In this document: piece by piece, positions 59,085 through 64,000 of the stretch
How positions within the stretch are numbered: the stretch's first letter is position 1
Layout of the letters: the number at the start of each line of letters is the position of its first letter
Assembly (NCBI RefSeq): GCF_000143415.4
Contig: NW_003314379.1
Coordinates: 62,001-126,000, forward strand
Source: Selaginella moellendorffii
Taxonomy: Eukaryota; Plantae; Lycopodiophyta
Reading direction: 5' to 3'
Length of the DNA: 64,000 bases
Made by a program: the position numbers and the translations under genes
Notes under the pieces: model-generated
Seen by the model: the letters and a program-made list of their open reading frames with translations, nothing else
The model's database searches: none
Told to the model about the DNA's origin: nothing

Positions 59085-60212
59085 TCATGTGAGCAGATGC
59101 ATGAGCTTGGCAGGAGCGGCGATTTGCGGCTCCTCGGAACAAGGCGGAGGCTGATTCAAGTCGAGAAATGGAAGCGGCTTGGTGGATACCGGAGGAGCTG
59201 CCTCGGCATCGATAACGGACGAGGAGGAATCGCAGTCGCTCTGATATGTGGAGCTCTGCTGGATCGCCTTCTGCTGCTCCGGCTCTTGTGGCTGCAAGCA
59301 AGGAGAAGATTTGACGAGCCACGCTGCCTGATGGTGGTGATGATCCAGCGCCGCTAGCGCCACGGCCGACGAAGAACTAGTGTTGTTGGTGGTAGTACCA
59401 GTCCTCATCTTCTTGACGTCGGGAGCAAAAGCCTGGCGAGCGAGGTGGAGCGATGGCGGCGAGGAATCCACCGGCAGCGCCTGGGGGATGATCAAGGATC
59501 GCTTGATGCCATGGCCGCTGTTGTTGGCGGAGGAGCAGATGGGATGCTGGTGGTGGAGGAAGTGGAGTGGAGTAGCCACCGGGATGGCCTCGAATGGGCC
59601 TCGGCAAGGGCGGAAGCTTGTGATGGTGGAGATGGCGGATTCGTGGCCTCCTCCGGTCTGGACTGATGGGTGATAGCGCTGCTGCTGGTGCTGGCCATCG
59701 TCCACGATCTGGATCATGGACGAGGCGAGGTCGGGCATTCCTAGATTCAGATCCACAACGCTGGCGGCCCGCCCGGATCCAATCATCCTGCTCGGCCCCC
59801 TCCAGGACGAGAGATCACTGGCGACGGGCAGCGCCAGCGGTGGAGGAGGGCGGTGGTGGATCAAGTGGTGGTGGTGGTGCTGCTGCTCGTGCTTGGGACT
59901 GCTCCAAGATTCCACGGTGGAGCTCTGGCTGGTGCTCTGATCATCGCAGGGCGGGGTGAAATTGGTCTTGGCCTTTGCTCCGCGCAGCGCCCGGGCTGCA
60001 TTGTCGTAGGCCCGCGCCGCCTCCTCGGCGGTGTCGAAGGTGCCGAGCCACACGCGAGTCTTCTTCCAGGGATCCCTTATCTCCGCCGCGAATCGCCCCC
60101 ACGGCCTTTTCCTCACGCCCCGGAAGTGCGCCTCCTTCACCGCCGCGCCGCCGGCCGCCACGGACTTGATGCTCACCGCCGCCTCCTCCGCCTTGAAGCC
60201 ACCCATTCTCAT
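59085..60212 (-). CDS. AP2/ERF transcription factor with EAR motif (group VIII repressor), intronless
   Basis: [49 protein letters not shown]; SQSSTVES; SDCDSSSSV; FLDLNQPPP. Confidence 0.95.
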   Translation of the reverse strand: MRMGGFKAEEAAVSIKSVAAGGAAVKEAHFRGVRKRPWGRFAAEIRDPWKKTRVWLGTFDTAEEAARAYDNAARALRGAKAKTNFTPPCDDQSTSQSSTVESWSSPKHEQQHHHHHLIHHRPPPPLALPVASDLSSWRGPSRMIGSGRAASVVDLNLGMPDLASSMIQIVDDGQHQQQRYHPSVQTGGGHESAISTITSFRPCRGPFEAIPVATPLHFLHHQHPICSSANNSGHGIKRSLIIPQALPVDSSPPSLHLARQAFAPDVKKMRTGTTTNNTSSSSAVALAALDHHHHQAAWLVKSSPCLQPQEPEQQKAIQQSSTYQSDCDSSSSVIDAEAAPPVSTKPLPFLDLNQPPPCSEEPQIAAPAKLMHLLT

Positions 60213-62693
60213 TCCTCTCGATTCGTCAATCCAATGAATGGAGGAATGGATGAATTCGCTCGCTTGCGCTTGCTCGCTCGCTGCTCAGCAGCTAGCTCGC
60301 TAGCAACCTTCCAGATCGAAGGGATCGGCCGACCCGATCGGGCAGACCAAGAAGAAGCTCGATTCCTAGGGAAACTCTCTCCGCAAAGAAGAAGAGAAAC
60401 GCTTCAAAGACCCATGAAGAACCCTAATGCTCCAAGCGCTAAATTTTATTTTAACCGCAAGGGAGGGATTTCCCGGGCGTGCGTGCGGCGGCGGCGGGAG
60501 GGCCGGCGAAACGGCCGGCCGCATGCGGACGGCGCGGCGGGCTAGACCTAAAATGGCGCTGGCGGATCGGACGACCAAGATTTGTTTCGTTGCGGCCGTC
60601 AATGGTCAAAGCCCGGCCGTCAGGCCGGCCACGGTGCAGTGCGGACAGTGACGGGTGACGACCCGAGGTGGGACCGGACTGGCGTGACGGGCGGCGACGG
60701 GCAGATCCGGCATAATCGTGTGCTCGCGCCGCCGCGCCCGCCCTTCAATGCGCGGCGCCGTCCAGCCCGGCCGGTCCCACATGCATGGCGGTATTTTCTT
60801 TCATTCCTTTTCGCGTCTTTTGTTTAGTCGGAAAATAGTTTATCTTTTCTCCCATTTATGCCCCAGGCTGACATGGATGGCATTGGTCGGTGATGATGCA
60901 TGTGGACTCGCAGACACGTGGCGTGCCCGGACTTATGGGCCCCATGCCCCATGTCACACTCTATACGGCTACTCACCGGCTGCTTTTTCGCGCGTACCTT
61001 CATGGAATCATTCCGCCGCCCCCACCAGAGGTGCTGATGCCAGCATGACCATGGCCACAAATCAGACATGTGACCACGCATGTCCGTACCAGATCCATGC
61101 CTTCTCGGAGAAGAGGTCTTGTCTGCCAGCATCCGTGGCGGCGCTGGCGGCAAAAGACCAATAGAGTAACCTAAATTTTTGGATTGAAAAGAGGGGACGG
61201 CATATGCCGCTACCCGTGAATCACGCCCTTGCAGAGTGCCGCCATCCGTACACGCACAACGCCGGCGGTGCTGTTGTCACGCGCCAGGGGTGTATCTGTT
61301 TTACCCCTTGGTCACCGACATTACGGTCTTCACTTCACTCTTCAGCTTACCTACACATTACCTCACGTAGAAACTCGAGAGCTTGGGAATGGAGGGTCCC
61401 ATCCCATGGGTATGCCATGCCATATCATTTATCCCATGGCCGTCCACGGTCCATCCATGCATCCATTCTATCCCTCCCAGCCGTTTTCACCACTTTAAAT
61501 TACCGTGTCCTCGGGCGTCCTCCTAAATTAATTTTCCCTCCCATGCAGCAGCAAGTATGGTAGAGGTTATGATTTTCTTTGTTGTTAATGTTCCCTTGTG
61601 CAGGTACCACACGCCCGAGGTTTACTCCTTAAAAACCCTTTAATCTCGGTAACGATACCCTTGATTATGAAACGGATTAAGCCTTTAGCCTTTGTTTAGA
61701 AAAACCACCCCGATCCCGCCATCGCCACTCAAACAAGGAAATGCCGGCAGTAGAGGGACCGGGCGTGCCGTTTGCCGGGAATCCCCCGGGTAGTGTGCAA
61801 TGCATGTTGTCACAGCGCCGCCACCCACGCACTGGGGCGGTGGGGGCTGCAGCAGCAGGCAGGGCACAGCACTGTACTGCACACTGCATGACCACCGCCA
61901 TCCACCTCCCTCCCCACCATAGATAGCTGAAAATCCCTGTCCAGTACTGTATTATACACTTATATATGTGCTGGGCGTAGGGTAGAGCGTATAGCTCGCC
62001 AGACAGGGAGAGGCCTCGCGACGTCTGCCTAGGCTCTAAATACGTCTTGGTTAAAGTATGTATGAAGTATGAAGACGAGGGGCCCGGGTGATTTGCAGGC
62101 AATCATCATGTGGTGATGCATGCGGTTTGTATGTTTGACGGCCACCTACCTAGTGTACGGCCCCTGCGGTGGCCCCACGTGCCAACCATCTGTTTTTCGC
62201 GGCTCTTGCGCACCGCGCGGGAAGGTGTTACTGGGCTGCGCGCAGGATGACCACACGGCTGCCGCCTGGCACAAGCGCACGGCAGCCACGTACGACAGCC
62301 TTTCAGGTGCCCACCCGGCCGCCGGCCGGGCTTGGCAGGCCGCGGTCAAACGCGTGGAATCGACGGTTGGGATGCCTGCTGACATGGACAACAAGACTGG
62401 TGAAAAGACGGCGGGAGTGGCGGCCGCCGTACGGATGGCCGCCACGCGTCGCCATGCCTGTGAGCCGGCGTTCGTGGCCCAACGCCCGTGCGCCTGTCGG
62501 CGACCTGTCGGGGGAGAGGGAGTTTTTTCGATTCGATTTGATTAGGCCCCGCATTTTTTTGCCTTGTGACACATTTTTCTAAATTGTGATTGATGCACAC
62601 CCTTACCATTATCCTTTTGTCTATATTTCTCGTCCAATAGAAGCCCGCAAATTGGTAGTGTTTGGCGCAAAACGTTAAAAGTAGCCATGCCTT

Positions 62694-64000
62694 TCAGTGA
62701 GCGATGGAATTTGCGAGCAGCACATACGCGGACCCATGCCTGGAGTCGAGTCCAAGAGCACGACCTGCGACCTCGGCCCCATAACCAGCATAGCCAGATT
62801 GTTGGTAGGAACTTAGCAAGCATCTCCACTCGAGCGCATCGGGCTCAAAGGGCATGTTGAGGATGAGATCCCTGGCGTTATCCAGATGCCCGGCACGCGC
62901 AAACAAATCGATCATACAGCAAAAATGCCGCTTGTTTGGGACCAAACCAAAGTCCATGGCCATGGAACTGAAGCAGGCAACACCACGCTCCACATTTCCG
63001 CTGTAGCTTCTCGCAATCAAAGCGAGAGCGAAGCAGGACTGGTCGGGGAAAAACTCCGCCTTGATATGATCAAAGGTGTCCAGCGCTTCGAGTGTGTGCC
63101 CGGTTTGAGCATAAGCAGCAAGCATCACGCTCCACGATACCAAGCACCGCTCAGGCATGGATCCGAGAACAGCACTCGCAAGCTCAAGGTGTCCGTTTAG
63201 CGTCAGGGCTGACAAAAGAGTGTCCCAAGTTACTTGGTCCCGAGCGGGCATTTCGTAAAACAAGGCCTTCACTTCCTTGACATGTCCATGTTGAGCATAC
63301 GCTGCAAGCATCGAGTTCCACGACACAAGAGTTCTCTCTGGAATACTATTAAACATCACCTTGGCCTCTTCCACGCGGCCGCCAAGAGCATATCCCGAAA
63401 GCAACGCCTCCATGGACACAACATTCCTTTGTGGCATGCTGTTGAAAATGTCCTCGGCGAGCTCCAAATGCCCGTTTTGGGCATATGCCGAAAGCAAAGC
63501 CGTCCACGCTATGAGATTTCTCTCCGGCATGGCATCAAAGGTATCCCTTGCTTCGCGAACTCGGCCCTGTTGTGCATATGCAACAAGCATTGCAGTTAAC
63601 GAGACGAGGTCTGCCTCTGGCATGTCTTCAAACACGCTCTCACAGCCTTGGATATTTCCTGCTTGCGTGTGGGCGTGAAGGAGAGCCGTCCAGGCCAGCA
63701 GATTCCGCTCGGGCATTCTATCAAACAGCTCTTGGGCTCTTTGAAGATGATGGTGTCCACTCTGGGCATATGCGTCGAGCATCACAGTCAAGGCTATTAG
63801 ATCCAGTTGTGGCATCGAATCAAACATCGCTTTTGCAGCATCAACTTGGCCATCTGATGCAAATTGTGCTGCCACTGTCGTCCACGATATAAGATCGTGT
63901 TCTGGCATTTGATCGAGCAAGCGCTTTGCTATGCAAAAATACCCAGCTGTGGCAAATGCTCTTATGATGGCTGTCCACGACACCAAATCCCACAGCGGCA
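62694..64000 (-). CDS. PLS-class PPR protein with E domain (5' end likely beyond the window)
   Basis: Repeated FDxMPERNLxxW motifs; HFCCMIDLFARAGHL; SAYVLLAN. Confidence 0.92.
   Translation of the reverse strand, partial: PLWDLVSWTAIIRAFATAGYFCIAKRLLDQMPEHDLISWTTVAAQFASDGQVDAAKAMFDSMPQLDLIALTVMLDAYAQSGHHHLQRAQELFDRMPERNLLAWTALLHAHTQAGNIQGCESVFEDMPEADLVSLTAMLVAYAQQGRVREARDTFDAMPERNLIAWTALLSAYAQNGHLELAEDIFNSMPQRNVVSMEALLSGYALGGRVEEAKVMFNSIPERTLVSWNSMLAAYAQHGHVKEVKALFYEMPARDQVTWDTLLSALTLNGHLELASAVLGSMPERCLVSWSVMLAAYAQTGHTLEALDTFDHIKAEFFPDQSCFALALIARSYSGNVERGVACFSSMAMDFGLVPNKRHFCCMIDLFARAGHLDNARDLILNMPFEPDALEWRCLLSSYQQSGYAGYGAEVAGRALGLDSRHGSAYVLLANSIAH

Noticed and set aside
58380-59360. Short ORFs and the CAG run downstream of ERF
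   Set aside because: Low-complexity UTR/antisense sequence without coding signatures.

Overview
Eukaryotic plant nuclear DNA, gene-dense with very small (about 45-60 bp) GT-AG introns. A flagellar central-pair gene (SPEF2/CPC1-like) and intronless PLS-type PPR genes point to a seedless land plant with flagellated sperm, most likely the lycophyte Selaginella (inference). The right two-thirds (20.5-64 kb) hold ordinary genes: F-box, TCF25/Rqc1, PPR, amaranthin-aerolysin, KEA1/2, DUF1295, dirigent, SPEF2, GT29/GALT29A, RmlC cupin, AMMECR1, TPR-SET, MnmA, ERF-EAR repressor and a second PPR. The left third is a decayed inverted duplicate of the F-box/KEA block. Its KEA pseudogene is split by a ~16 kb insert containing a young chromovirus LTR retrotransposon (with an assembly gap), older gypsy relics, tRNA-Gln, eRF1 and LRR-RLK gene fragments, and an apparently intact spliced Crinkler-type gene (SAM-like header + P-loop NTPase + restriction-endonuclease fold). 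That Crinkler island and the arm-specific lectin/pore-forming toxin gene are the most notable observations. All homology calls come from motif recognition by eye. Pseudogene boundaries are approximate.
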